DNA of 64,000 nt from Anaerolineae bacterium (GTDB lineage: Bacteria; Chloroflexota; Anaerolineae; UBA1429): assembly GCA_963675785.1 (NCBI GenBank), contig OY776562.1, positions 2,016,001 to 2,080,000 of the forward strand, in the 5' to 3' direction. The position numbers and the translations under genes are program-made. The notes beneath the pieces are model-generated. The model had not been told where the DNA came from, did not search any database, and saw only the letters and a list, made by a program, of their open reading frames with translations. Below, in pieces: positions 18,381-28,076 of this stretch. Position 1 is the first letter of the stretch. The number at the start of each line of letters is the position of its first letter.

Positions 18381-19601
18381 ATGCCAACTGTTCGCGCCGT
18401 CAAATGCTCTCATGATGCCAGCGATGACCAAGTACTCGCTTCGCTGATCCGCGCTACAGATCCGCTGGCCGATGCCTGGGCAAAGCTGGAAACTGCCAAA
18501 CTAATCACCATCAAGTTCAACCAAGCCTGGCCCAATGCCCGAATAAGAACATTCCGCGGCCAAAACCAGGAACACGTCGATGAGCGAGTGGCTCGCGCCC
18601 TGCTCACACTGCTCAAACAACGCACCAAGGCCCGTATCGCCATCTGTGATATTAGTGTAGAGGGCGGAGGCGGTGGGCTGGGCGATTATGCCCTTATGCC
18701 AGTCTTTCGTGAATTCGATGTCGATGTCATCGATGGCGACCAGCCACCCTACACCTTGGTCGATGTGCCACATGATCAGGGGCTATTCAAACGCTATATG
18801 TTGCCCGAGTGCGTAGCCCATGCCGACGCCGTCATCTCGGTGCAAAAGATCAAAAACCACAAAGCGATGGGCGTCACCTTGTGTATGAAGAACCTCTTTG
18901 GCTTGCTTACCCGCGATCCCTGGTTCCACGGCCGACACTATTTTCACCACTTTGTACGGTTGCCTCACATGTTGGCAGATCTGGGCGCCATCATCCAGCC
19001 CTGCCTGAATGTGCTGGATGGCCTCTCTTCACAAAGAGGGGGCGAATGGAACGGAAAGCCCTTTGTAACGAACACGCTCATGGCTGGTGACAATGTGGTC
19101 TCCACGGATGCCATGGCCACCCACTTGATGGGACACAACCCCTTGGGTGATTATCCATCGCCCCCCTATATACGCGATAAGAACCATTTAGGTATCGCCC
19201 ATCGGGCCGGAACTGGCACAGCCGACCGCAGTGAGATTGATTTCGAGAGCGAAGTGGACGAGCCCATTGGCCAATTCTACTGCGAGCGCATGTCTTCGCC
19301 TGAGCAGACGCGTAGCTGGCTGAGGACAACCTGCGAACAGGCCCTTTATTATCGCGATAACATGGCACGCTTTTCAGCTTACGCCGGACGATATATCCTA
19401 TTGCAGGATCAGGTGGTGCGCTGGGTGGGTGATTCGGCGCGACTGCAGATTAGCCGCAGTGTGCTGTCAGGCGGGAATCCCGATAGCGCCATGTGGCTCA
19501 AGTATGTCGACCCCGACGAGACCGAGGGTGAGAACTATGCCATTTACAAAGATCTTCTCCAGGAGCTCGACTGGATAGAGCGTTATCGCCGGCACAGTTA
19601 G
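18381..19601 (+). CDS. DUF362-family protein with extra C-terminal domain
   Basis: IKFN, KIKNH, TLCMKNLFG, LDG, VSTD motifs of DUF362; RBS CAGGAG upstream. Confidence 0.75.
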   Translation: MPTVRAVKCSHDASDDQVLASLIRATDPLADAWAKLETAKLITIKFNQAWPNARIRTFRGQNQEHVDERVARALLTLLKQRTKARIAICDISVEGGGGGLGDYALMPVFREFDVDVIDGDQPPYTLVDVPHDQGLFKRYMLPECVAHADAVISVQKIKNHKAMGVTLCMKNLFGLLTRDPWFHGRHYFHHFVRLPHMLADLGAIIQPCLNVLDGLSSQRGGEWNGKPFVTNTLMAGDNVVSTDAMATHLMGHNPLGDYPSPPYIRDKNHLGIAHRAGTGTADRSEIDFESEVDEPIGQFYCERMSSPEQTRSWLRTTCEQALYYRDNMARFSAYAGRYILLQDQVVRWVGDSARLQISRSVLSGGNPDSAMWLKYVDPDETEGENYAIYKDLLQELDWIERYRRHS

Positions 19602-19611
19602 GAGAGTAACA

Positions 19612-21081
19612 ATGCAAGCCGAACGCCCCAATATCCTCATCTTTATGAACGATCAGCAAGGCGCTGAACCGACCATGCCTGGGCACCCCTGTGCCACGCC
19701 TAACGCCGACCGATTGGCTGCTGAGGGCGTTCTCTTTGCCAACGCCTACACTTGCACGGCCCACTGCTGCCCCTCGCGGGCCTCGTTTATGACAGGGCTA
19801 ATGCCCAGCCGTCACGGCGTCTATAACAATGTGCTCAATGATGCCGCTATTCACGAATCGCTCAATCCTGGGATCACCACCTTTAGCGAGGTGCTGGCGG
19901 GGAATGGCTACAACCTGGCTTATTCGGGCAAGTGGCACGTCTCTGCCACCGAAGGTCCCTCGGAGCGGGGTTGGGAGACCTATTTCAGCTCGGCGGTAGA
20001 GGGCGAATGGCACGGCACCCGCTGGGAGCGCTACAGAGCCATGGCCCAAGAGCCAGAGGATACCTCACCGCGCGGCCAAGGTGAGCTAGACCGGCCCGGC
20101 TGGGGGCGTTACCGTTTGTACGGTACTCGCCCCGCCGATCCCGAGACGGATCCGTTCAACCCACATGACTTGCAGGCCATACAAAGCGGCATTCGGGCAC
20201 TCAATAATCTGGCGTCTGGCAACAAGCCCTGGTGTTTATATGTTGGCCCTGTGGGCCCGCACGACCCCTATATCATTCCCGAGCATTATGCCACCATGTA
20301 TGATCCGGCCAGCATTGAACTGCCACCCAGCTTTTATGATAACCTGCTGGACAAGCCCCGCGTCTATCAGCGACAACGCCAATTCTGGAACCAGATGAGC
20401 GAGGATGAGTATCGTCAGGCTATCGCCCATTACTGGGGCTTTTGCACCATGCAAGATGACTTGTTGGGTATGGTACTGGATGCCCTGGACGAATCTGGCC
20501 AAGCTGAAAACACACTGGTCATTTTCATGTCGGATCACGGCGATTACTGCGGCGCTCACGGCTTGTTCATGAAGGGTGTAGCGGCCTTTGACGAGTGCTA
20601 CCACATTCCCTGCATCATGCGTTGGCCACGCGGCATCAAGAACCCAGGGCGTGTCATCGACGAGTATATCTCTCATATCGACTTTGCCCCCACCTTTTGC
20701 CAGATGACCGGCTGCCAAATGCCAGAGAGTTCCGGACGCAGTATGATCCCCTTGTTACACGACAAGGAGATGGTGGATTGGCCCGATGCCATCTACAGCC
20801 AGATGAACGGCGTTGAGCTATACTATTCACAGCGCTTTGTGCGCACCCATGAATGGAAATACGTCTATAACGGATTCGATTTCGACGAGTTGTATAATCT
20901 GGTGGAGGATCCCCACTGCATGCGCAACCTGGCCCAAGATCCCCGCTATCTGCCAGTGATCAAAGAAATGTGCAGCCGCATGTGGAAAAAGGGCTATGAG
21001 GAGCGGGACATCAATTGCAATCCCTATCCTACTGTAAGTCTGGCACCCTTTGGCCCTATGGTAGGATTGCAAGACCTTTAG
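19612..21081 (+). CDS. formylglycine-type sulfatase / alkaline phosphatase superfamily hydrolase
   Basis: PNILIFMNDQQ, CCPSRAS (CxPxR), GKWH, PHDP, SDHG, ELYNL. Confidence 0.9.
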   Translation: MQAERPNILIFMNDQQGAEPTMPGHPCATPNADRLAAEGVLFANAYTCTAHCCPSRASFMTGLMPSRHGVYNNVLNDAAIHESLNPGITTFSEVLAGNGYNLAYSGKWHVSATEGPSERGWETYFSSAVEGEWHGTRWERYRAMAQEPEDTSPRGQGELDRPGWGRYRLYGTRPADPETDPFNPHDLQAIQSGIRALNNLASGNKPWCLYVGPVGPHDPYIIPEHYATMYDPASIELPPSFYDNLLDKPRVYQRQRQFWNQMSEDEYRQAIAHYWGFCTMQDDLLGMVLDALDESGQAENTLVIFMSDHGDYCGAHGLFMKGVAAFDECYHIPCIMRWPRGIKNPGRVIDEYISHIDFAPTFCQMTGCQMPESSGRSMIPLLHDKEMVDWPDAIYSQMNGVELYYSQRFVRTHEWKYVYNGFDFDELYNLVEDPHCMRNLAQDPRYLPVIKEMCSRMWKKGYEERDINCNPYPTVSLAPFGPMVGLQDL

Positions 21082-21123
21082 ATCTAGAACCTTTAGATCT
21101 GCGATCTATGGAAGGAGTTGGCT

Positions 21124-22548
21124 ATGAATCGACCCGAATTTGCAGAGAGCCTGGCAGCACTTTTGGATTCACCGCAGGATGAGGCAGCACGCGATTTTGT
21201 CTATCACTATGCACCCATCATCTTGTTCGATGAGCGCGAACCGTTTCTGCCCTTAGCAGGCGGATATACAGTGTTCACCGAGGATGGCCCTTCGGCCTCT
21301 TTTCGGCGAGACGTGGCCCTACGTGGCGCTGACGCTGCCATCGAATACGCCATCTGGTGGGACTGGGATATCGAGCACCTCTATGAACTCGAACATGTGT
21401 GGGTGTATGTCAAAGACGATGAAGTAATGCGCGTCGAGGCCAGCTGGCACGGTAAGATGCACGACATGCTTTCTGGCCCCCACGAACCCGTCCGCGGCAC
21501 GCATCCGGTGGTTTATTCACAGCCGGGCAAGCACGCCTTTGCTGCTATGCCCGATTGGTATGATGAGTTCAAAGCCTGGGCGCCCCGCCAGAGCCAGACC
21601 AATCGCCTGGCCGGAGCCGGCGGCGTGTTAGCTCCAGCTATGTTTGGCGGCAAAATCAGCGAGTGTCCCTTGTACAACACCCTGGTGCGCACCTATATGC
21701 AAAGGATGTGTTTTGATGCATCCTGGTCCTTCACCAACGAATTCTCTTTCAACCGCGAGCAGATGGTGCCCTGGAAAACGCTATTCGAGTGGATTCCGAG
21801 CCGGGTGAACCTGTGGACGAGCATTATGGAGCAAGAGATCGCCCCTTCTGAATACCGCTATCTCAGGATCGGCCATCGCGGTGCACGCGCTTATGCGCCG
21901 GATAACACACTGACTTCATTCAAAAAAGCCATTGAATTGGATGCCGATTTCTCCGAGCTGGATGTTCATCTGACGGCAGATGGCAAAATAGCCGTCATCC
22001 ATGACGACATGCTACGCACCAACGATGGGCAATTTCTCAAGGTGCACGAACACACTCTGGAAGAGTTGCAGCGCGTTGATTTGGGCGGCGGAGAACGCGT
22101 CCCCGAGCTCAAAGAGGTTTTTGCCTTGGCTCGACAGTCTTTCATGGGGCTTTTGATTGAGATCAAGGACGGCCGTGTCATCCCCCAGCTTGCCGGGCTG
22201 TTCACCGAATCATGGATGAAACGTCTGGTTATGGTGAGCTCTTTTCGGCCAGACTGGGTGGCAGAGTTTGGGGCTGCTGTGCCAGGCGTGTCTACGGCTG
22301 TGCTCTTTGAATCGGCCAACATCAACGCCGTGGCGCTAGCCAAGGCCGCAGGAGCCCAGTATGTAGACCCCTGTTGGGAAGGCCTGAGGGATGATCCCGC
22401 AGATTTATTGACCGAGGAATGGATGAAAGCCGTGCGCGAGGCTAACTTGGGTATCATCTGCTGGAGCGAACAACGCCCCAAGGTCATCGAGCACTTGAGG
22501 CAAATTGGGGTGGATGCCCTATGCAGCGATCAGCCTGATCTGTTGTAG
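21124..22548 (+). CDS. fusion: uncharacterised N-terminal domain plus glycerophosphodiester phosphodiesterase (GDPD)
   Basis: C-terminal GHRGA, PDNT, ELDV, IHD, EIK, CSD; about 245 N-terminal aa with WWDWD..ELEHVWV and VYSQPGKH; ATG 21124 after AAGGAG. Confidence 0.82.
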   Translation: MNRPEFAESLAALLDSPQDEAARDFVYHYAPIILFDEREPFLPLAGGYTVFTEDGPSASFRRDVALRGADAAIEYAIWWDWDIEHLYELEHVWVYVKDDEVMRVEASWHGKMHDMLSGPHEPVRGTHPVVYSQPGKHAFAAMPDWYDEFKAWAPRQSQTNRLAGAGGVLAPAMFGGKISECPLYNTLVRTYMQRMCFDASWSFTNEFSFNREQMVPWKTLFEWIPSRVNLWTSIMEQEIAPSEYRYLRIGHRGARAYAPDNTLTSFKKAIELDADFSELDVHLTADGKIAVIHDDMLRTNDGQFLKVHEHTLEELQRVDLGGGERVPELKEVFALARQSFMGLLIEIKDGRVIPQLAGLFTESWMKRLVMVSSFRPDWVAEFGAAVPGVSTAVLFESANINAVALAKAAGAQYVDPCWEGLRDDPADLLTEEWMKAVREANLGIICWSEQRPKVIEHLRQIGVDALCSDQPDLL

Positions 22549-22553
22549 TGAAC

Positions 22554-22581
22554 AAAGGGCCCTCTTTCTGAGGGCTCTTTT
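22554..22581 (+). terminator. hairpin / intrinsic terminator
   Basis: AAAGGGCCCTC...GAGGGCTCTTTT. Confidence 0.6.
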
Positions 22582-22595
22582 GCCAAAGGAGTGCC

Positions 22596-23495
22596 ATGGA
22601 ACACATCATCAAACTCGTACACCATAGCGCCAACCGAGAGCACGGCTTTCCCTCAGGCTCGTTAGCGGCAGTACGTAACTGTATCGAGAACAAGGCCAGC
22701 TATATCGAAGTGGACATCTGCCCTACCGTCGATGGACGCTGGGCGCTGCTGCATAATCCCACCCTCGAAGGGCAAGTCACTGGCAAAGGCCGTGTGGATG
22801 CTCACACCGCCGCTGAGCTGGCTGGCATGAAGTTGATAACAAACGGCCAACCCACCGCAGAGCCGGTATCCTTCCTCAGCGACCTGCTGATTCTGATGGA
22901 AACGACCCCCTATCCCCTTGAGCTCCAACTCGACCTCAAGGCACACTCACCTCTTCCCCTACCTTTGTTGGAAGGGCTAGTACAGGCCTGTGAACCACTG
23001 CTGGGGCGCATTCGCATCAGTAGCGTGGCCGATTGGGTGCTGCGCCGTTTGGCACGCATCGAACCGCAGCTGGCTTTGGGATTCGATCCCCTAGCTTATT
23101 TGGATGTGGGCAACGGTCAGGAACGCAAATCACCACCCAGGCGAGTTGGTGCCTACGGCTATCATGACGAGCACCCTTTGGCGGAAACTGTGTGGGGCAC
23201 CCCTGCAGAATATCTGGCTACGCGGGCCGAGATCCTCTACGACCAAGCTCCTGCTGGCGCGGTCTGGTACATCCGCGCCTACATGCTGGATCAAGCCCTA
23301 CGAAACGGCTTTGACTGGATCACCTTTTTGCACAACCGCGACGCAGAAGTGGATGCTTGGACACTAGATAACACCCGATCGTTGGATACCGCACTCATCC
23401 CCCAATTGGCCCAGGCTAACGTCGACCGTATTACCAGCAATACGGCGCCAGCCATTGCTGCACTGCTTCAAGAATCTTGTTGCGTGCAGCTTTAG
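22596..23495 (+). CDS. divergent GDPD-family phosphodiesterase
   Basis: VHHSA, EVD, LLHN, QLDLK, DAWTLD, DRITSN. Confidence 0.7.
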   Translation: MEHIIKLVHHSANREHGFPSGSLAAVRNCIENKASYIEVDICPTVDGRWALLHNPTLEGQVTGKGRVDAHTAAELAGMKLITNGQPTAEPVSFLSDLLILMETTPYPLELQLDLKAHSPLPLPLLEGLVQACEPLLGRIRISSVADWVLRRLARIEPQLALGFDPLAYLDVGNGQERKSPPRRVGAYGYHDEHPLAETVWGTPAEYLATRAEILYDQAPAGAVWYIRAYMLDQALRNGFDWITFLHNRDAEVDAWTLDNTRSLDTALIPQLAQANVDRITSNTAPAIAALLQESCCVQL

Positions 23496-23498
23496 CAC

Positions 23499-23526
23499 TT
23501 GACAAAAAAACGACCTTGCCTATACT
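23499..23526 (+). promoter_or_regulatory. sigma70-type promoter of the LacI-iol operon
   Basis: TTGACA (23499-23504), 16-bp spacer, TATACT (23521-23526). Confidence 0.78.
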
Positions 23527-23536
23527 GCTGTGCATG

Positions 23537-23605
23537 TGCACACGTGTGCATCAAGCCCTACCTCCTCTGGGCGGTTTTTTTGACTAACCGATGCACACGT
23601 GTGCA
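23537..23605. promoter_or_regulatory. two identical LacI-type operators TGCACACGTGTGCA (23537-23550, 23592-23605)
   Basis: Perfect 14-bp palindromes with central CG, just downstream of the promoter and upstream of a LacI-family gene. Confidence 0.8.
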
Positions 23606-23635
23606 ATGCGTTGATTGCAACTTTCGAAAGGGAAG

Positions 23636-24643
23636 ATGTTGGGCGGCGTATCCATTAAGGACATTGCCAGAGAAGCCGGTGTCTCACATTCGACTGTCTC
23701 ACGTGCTTTGAGAAACAGTCCACTCGTTAATTGTGAGACCGCCGAACGTATTCAAAAACTGGCCCGACATATGGGGTACTCACCCGATACCATCGCCCGC
23801 AGCCTGGTAACCGGTAAAACAAACACCATTGGTGTCGTTGTAACCTCGATCGTCGATCCTTTTGTGGCGGGCATCGTTCAGGCCATCGAATCCCAAGCCA
23901 GCCAACAAGGCTATACCGTCATCCTGGCATCCTCAGCCGCCCAGCCCGTTCGTGAAATGGAAGCTGTACGTATGCTGCGCGAAAAGCGCATTGATGGCAT
24001 TATTGTAACGTCATCCCGCGTTGGCAGTCTCTATGCCAATGTCCTCGATCAACTCGGTATACCCATTGTGCTGATCAACACCCACGCTGAAGGCGGTACC
24101 CAATACACCTATTCGGTTACGATTGATAACGAGCACGGCGGCTATACAGCTACCAAACACCTCATTGCCCAAGGACACGAGCGCATCGCCTATATTGCCG
24201 GCTCGGATCGACATAGTGACGACATCGGCCGCATGGCCGGATACCGCCGGGCATTGGCAGAAGCCGATGTCGAATTCGATAACGCATTGATCCTTCGTGG
24301 CGACGGCACCGCCGAAGGTGGCCGATGTATCCTAGAACAGCTATTGACATTGCCCGGCCGCCCTTCAGCTGTGTTTTGCTATAACGACCTGACTGCAATT
24401 GGCGTGATGAGCCGTGCGCGCGAGCTGGGATTGTTCGTGCCCAACGATATCGCCGTGGTTGGCTTTGACGATATCCCTTTTAGTTCATTGATGTGGCCCA
24501 CCCTAACGACTATAGCCCAGCCGATTGAGCGTATGGGCTCTTGTGCGGTAGATATGATGATGCAGCTTCTCAAGCAGCGCGGCGATGGCGGCGTTCATAA
24601 CCAGGTGCTACAAGGATATCTTGTGGATCGCGCTTCAACGTAG
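23636..24643 (+). CDS. LacI-family transcriptional regulator (probable inositol regulon repressor)
   Basis: SIKDIAREAGVSHSTVSRAL HTH, ARSL hinge, VVGFDD, PTLTTI. Confidence 0.93.
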   Translation: MLGGVSIKDIAREAGVSHSTVSRALRNSPLVNCETAERIQKLARHMGYSPDTIARSLVTGKTNTIGVVVTSIVDPFVAGIVQAIESQASQQGYTVILASSAAQPVREMEAVRMLREKRIDGIIVTSSRVGSLYANVLDQLGIPIVLINTHAEGGTQYTYSVTIDNEHGGYTATKHLIAQGHERIAYIAGSDRHSDDIGRMAGYRRALAEADVEFDNALILRGDGTAEGGRCILEQLLTLPGRPSAVFCYNDLTAIGVMSRARELGLFVPNDIAVVGFDDIPFSSLMWPTLTTIAQPIERMGSCAVDMMMQLLKQRGDGGVHNQVLQGYLVDRAST

Positions 24644-24719
24644 TGTGTAGGCTGGTGGTAAAAGCCACCAGTTTCGCTTTTTGGTTAGCGATCAGCGTGA
24701 CGCAGATCAAGGAGGCACC

Positions 24720-25880
24720 ATGAAAGGTCTAGTTCTCAACGCAGAGTGGGATCCCCGCCCGGAGTATCAAGTTTCGGACTGGGAAAAGGAAACCGGAAAG
24801 GTCATCAACGGCAACAAAGTTTGGCGCAATCCATCTCTCGAGGTCAAAGCTTGGCCCGATCCCGAGATTGGCCCCAAAGACGTACTATTAGAGATTCAGG
24901 CTTGTGGCGTTTGCGGTTCAGACATGCACTTTTACGAGACCGACAAGGACGGCTATATCCTCTATCCAGGCTTGACCCGCTTCCCGACCATCTTGGGTCA
25001 CGAATTCTCTGGTAAGGTCGTCGAAGTGGGCCCCGATGTTGTCGATCTCAAGGTTGGCGATATGGTTACCGCCGAAGAGATGATTTGGTGCGGTTACTGC
25101 ATCCCCTGCCGCAACGGCTATCCCAACCATTGCACCAACCTGGAAGAAATCGGCTTTACCATCCCCGGCGCCTTTGCCAACTATATCTCGGTGAACGAAA
25201 AATACTGCTGGAAGATCGACGCCATCGCCGAGCGCTTTGGTGATGAGACCAAGGCCTACGAAGTAGGTGCTCTGACCGAGCCCACCACCGTAGCCTACAA
25301 TGGTATGTTCGAGCGCGCCGGCGGCTTTCGCCCCGGCCACTATGTCGCCATCTATGGTGCAGGCCCCATCGGTCTGGCCGCAGTGGGTCTGGCTCGCGCA
25401 GCTGGCGCAGGCAAGATCGTCTCTTTTGAAATCTCTCCAGAGCGCCGCGAGTTGGCCAAAAAAGTCGGCGCCGATTATGTATACGACCCGCGCGAAGTCA
25501 AGCCCTCGGAAGTGCTAAAGGAATTGAGTGCCGGAGCCGGTTTCGATTTTCAGGTAGAAGCCGCTGGTGCCCCCGGCATCACCATTCCCGAAATGCAGGA
25601 ATCTCTGGCCATCAACAGCAAGGTCGTACAAATCGGCCGCGGCGCTCAGCAAGTGCCCATGTACCTCGAAAATTTCCAGGTCCGCCGCTCGCAGATATTT
25701 GGTGCACAGGGTCATTCGGGCCATGAGACCTTCCCGAACGTCATTCGCCTGGTCGCCTCGGGTCGCTTGGACCTAAGCCCCATCATCACGTCCAAGTATG
25801 ATCTGGTTGACACAGTCAGTGCCATCGCCAAATCGACGCAACGCCGAGACGGCAAGATTTTGGTCAAACCGAACGCCTGA
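24720..25880 (+). CDS. iolM: scyllo-inosose 3-dehydrogenase (Zn-dependent ADH family)
   Basis: CGVCGSD, YPGLT, GHE, EEMIWCGYCIPCRNG, GAQGHSGH; adjacent to iolG/iolN/iolO. Confidence 0.85.
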   Translation: MKGLVLNAEWDPRPEYQVSDWEKETGKVINGNKVWRNPSLEVKAWPDPEIGPKDVLLEIQACGVCGSDMHFYETDKDGYILYPGLTRFPTILGHEFSGKVVEVGPDVVDLKVGDMVTAEEMIWCGYCIPCRNGYPNHCTNLEEIGFTIPGAFANYISVNEKYCWKIDAIAERFGDETKAYEVGALTEPTTVAYNGMFERAGGFRPGHYVAIYGAGPIGLAAVGLARAAGAGKIVSFEISPERRELAKKVGADYVYDPREVKPSEVLKELSAGAGFDFQVEAAGAPGITIPEMQESLAINSKVVQIGRGAQQVPMYLENFQVRRSQIFGAQGHSGHETFPNVIRLVASGRLDLSPIITSKYDLVDTVSAIAKSTQRRDGKILVKPNA

Positions 25881-25899
25881 TTAGGGCAGGAGCAAGCTC

Positions 25900-26919
25900 A
25901 TGGCAGAAAAATTGAGGTTAGGTCTGCTCGGCGCCGGCAGGATCGGCAAATTGCATGGGCGTAACATCGCCAATCGCATCGAGAATGCAACATTAGCGGC
26001 TATTGCCGATGTATACGTGGCCGCTGCACAGGCGCTGGCTGACGAACTCGGTGTTGCCCAAGTGTACAATGACCCGATGCACGTGATCAACGATCCCGAG
26101 ATTGATGCCGTCATCATTTGCACCAGCACCAACACCCATGCCGAATTGATTGAAGCGGCAGCCAAAGCGGGCAAGCATATCTTTTGCGAAAAGCCCATCG
26201 ATCACGATCTGGCGCGCATTGACCAGGTACTTGAGGTTGTGAAAGAAGCGGGCATCAATCTGCAAGTAGGGTTCAACAGACGCTTTGACCCAGGATTTGC
26301 CCGAGCCCAGCGCGCGGTAGCCGAGGGCCAGGTGGGCGATGTGCAGATCATGCGCATCACTAGCCGCGACCCGGCTCCCCCCCCCATCGAGTATGTCAAG
26401 GTTTCTGGCGGCCTGTTCATGGACATGATGATCCACGACTTTGACATGAGCCGCTTTTTGGTGGGCCGTGAGGTAGAAGAAATCTATGCTGTAGGCGCCG
26501 TGCTCATCGATCCAGCCATTGGCGAGGTCGGCGATGTGGATACAGCAGTTGTCACCATCCGTTTTGAGAACGGCGTCATTGGCACCATCGATTGCAGCCG
26601 CCAGGCTGTGTATGGCTATGACCAGCGCATCGAGGTGTTTGGCTCCAAAGGTATGGTCGCAGTGGGTAACAACACGCCAGATCAGGCCGTTGTGACCACA
26701 ATAGACGGCGCCTTGGCTGCCAAGCCAGTCTATTTCTTCCTGGAACGCTACGAGCAGGCCTATATCGCCGAGATGACCGCCTTTGCCCAGGCCATTCTTG
26801 ATGGTACCGAAACACCGGTAACAGGATGGGACGGACGCATGCCCGTGGTTATGGCTGCTGCAGCACTCAAATCACTGAAAGAAGGGCGACCCGTTCGCCT
26901 GGATGAAATCAGAGCATAG
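25900..26919 (+). CDS. iolG: myo-inositol 2-dehydrogenase
   Basis: GAGRIG, CEKP, GFNRRFD, ITSRDP, SGGLFMDMMIHDFD, YGYDQR. Confidence 0.9.
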   Translation: MAEKLRLGLLGAGRIGKLHGRNIANRIENATLAAIADVYVAAAQALADELGVAQVYNDPMHVINDPEIDAVIICTSTNTHAELIEAAAKAGKHIFCEKPIDHDLARIDQVLEVVKEAGINLQVGFNRRFDPGFARAQRAVAEGQVGDVQIMRITSRDPAPPPIEYVKVSGGLFMDMMIHDFDMSRFLVGREVEEIYAVGAVLIDPAIGEVGDVDTAVVTIRFENGVIGTIDCSRQAVYGYDQRIEVFGSKGMVAVGNNTPDQAVVTTIDGALAAKPVYFFLERYEQAYIAEMTAFAQAILDGTETPVTGWDGRMPVVMAAAALKSLKEGRPVRLDEIRA

Positions 26920-26933
26920 GATTGGAGAATATC

Positions 26934-28049
26934 ATGTCAGAAACACCCAAGGGCCTTTTGGCCACCGGTCAGCCCGATTTGTTCTTTGAGGACAATGGGG
27001 TTGGCAGGATGAAAAAGCAGATCTGGGAGGCGACAGCCGCAGAGATCGATGCCATCCTGGAAGAATACGACGTGCCTTCACCCATCGAATGGGGCAAAGC
27101 TGGTTCGTATATTCAGACCACCGTTCGCCATCAGGTTGAACAAGAGCGCAGAAAGAACGACATCGTGCTGATTCCGGTGGGCTGCACCGAGCTTCACGGC
27201 CAGCACATGGTCAGCGCTTCGGATACCATCTATGTCAGCGCCATCTGCGAAGGCGTACGCCGCTACACCGCCAAACGCGGCGCCCCCGTAGCTGTAGCCC
27301 TGCCACCGCTCAACTATGGCTCGCACCCCTACCATCATCTGGGCATGCCCGGCACGGTGATTGTACGCGAGAACGTGGCCCGCGAGTTGTTGATCGACGT
27401 CATGCTTGGCCTGTGGAACGACGGCTATCGCAAGCAGATCATCGTCAACAACCACGGCCACCTGTGGATGCTAGAATCGGCATTGCAGCAGTTCTGCAAG
27501 CGCTACCAGCTCCCCGGCATCTATCGCGTTATCGACTGGCACCGTGCCACTCGCGAGTTCTGGCGCACCAAGGAACGCGGTGGTGAGTGGGACACCAACT
27601 TTGTACATGCCGACGAGTCCGAGACCTCGCTAAGCCTGCTCTTTACGCCGGACATGGTCGATATGAACTATGCTGTCGATACTGTAGGCAAGAGCTATCT
27701 GCCCGAAGGCCATTTTGACAAGTCGGTCGATCCCTTTGGTCGGCCCAGTCGCTGGTCAGAAGGCGAAGGTCAGTCCCCCATCGAGATCTCTGGCACGCCC
27801 GAGGGTGTGGTCGGTTTGGCCACCCACGGCGATGCCCAAAAGGCCAAGCGCCCGGTGGCAGCCATCCTCAAGTACCTCACCTTACTGGTTGATGACATCC
27901 TGGAGGCCTTCCCAGCCGGCACCCTTCCGCCGACCGAAGAAGTCAGCCTGCGCGATCCAGAAGAGCTGGCCCCCTACCTCAAGGAACCGTTCAGCGAGGG
28001 TTGGAAGCCTGTTTACGGCCTGCCCCGCGTTGGCCAGGACACTTACTGA
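26934..28049 (+). CDS. iolN: 3-dehydro-scyllo-inosose hydrolase (creatininase family)
   Basis: PVGCTELHG, YGSHPYHH, NNHGH, HADESETS; position within the iol cluster. Confidence 0.85.
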   Translation: MSETPKGLLATGQPDLFFEDNGVGRMKKQIWEATAAEIDAILEEYDVPSPIEWGKAGSYIQTTVRHQVEQERRKNDIVLIPVGCTELHGQHMVSASDTIYVSAICEGVRRYTAKRGAPVAVALPPLNYGSHPYHHLGMPGTVIVRENVARELLIDVMLGLWNDGYRKQIIVNNHGHLWMLESALQQFCKRYQLPGIYRVIDWHRATREFWRTKERGGEWDTNFVHADESETSLSLLFTPDMVDMNYAVDTVGKSYLPEGHFDKSVDPFGRPSRWSEGEGQSPIEISGTPEGVVGLATHGDAQKAKRPVAAILKYLTLLVDDILEAFPAGTLPPTEEVSLRDPEELAPYLKEPFSEGWKPVYGLPRVGQDTY

Positions 28050-28076
28050 GTAATCAACGAATAACGGAGCAGCTGC

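Noticed and set aside
21071-21100. Short duplication ACCTTTAGATCT x2 at the sulfatase stop
   Set aside because: Only 12 bp with nothing between the copies; most likely replication slippage, with no evidence for an insertion element.
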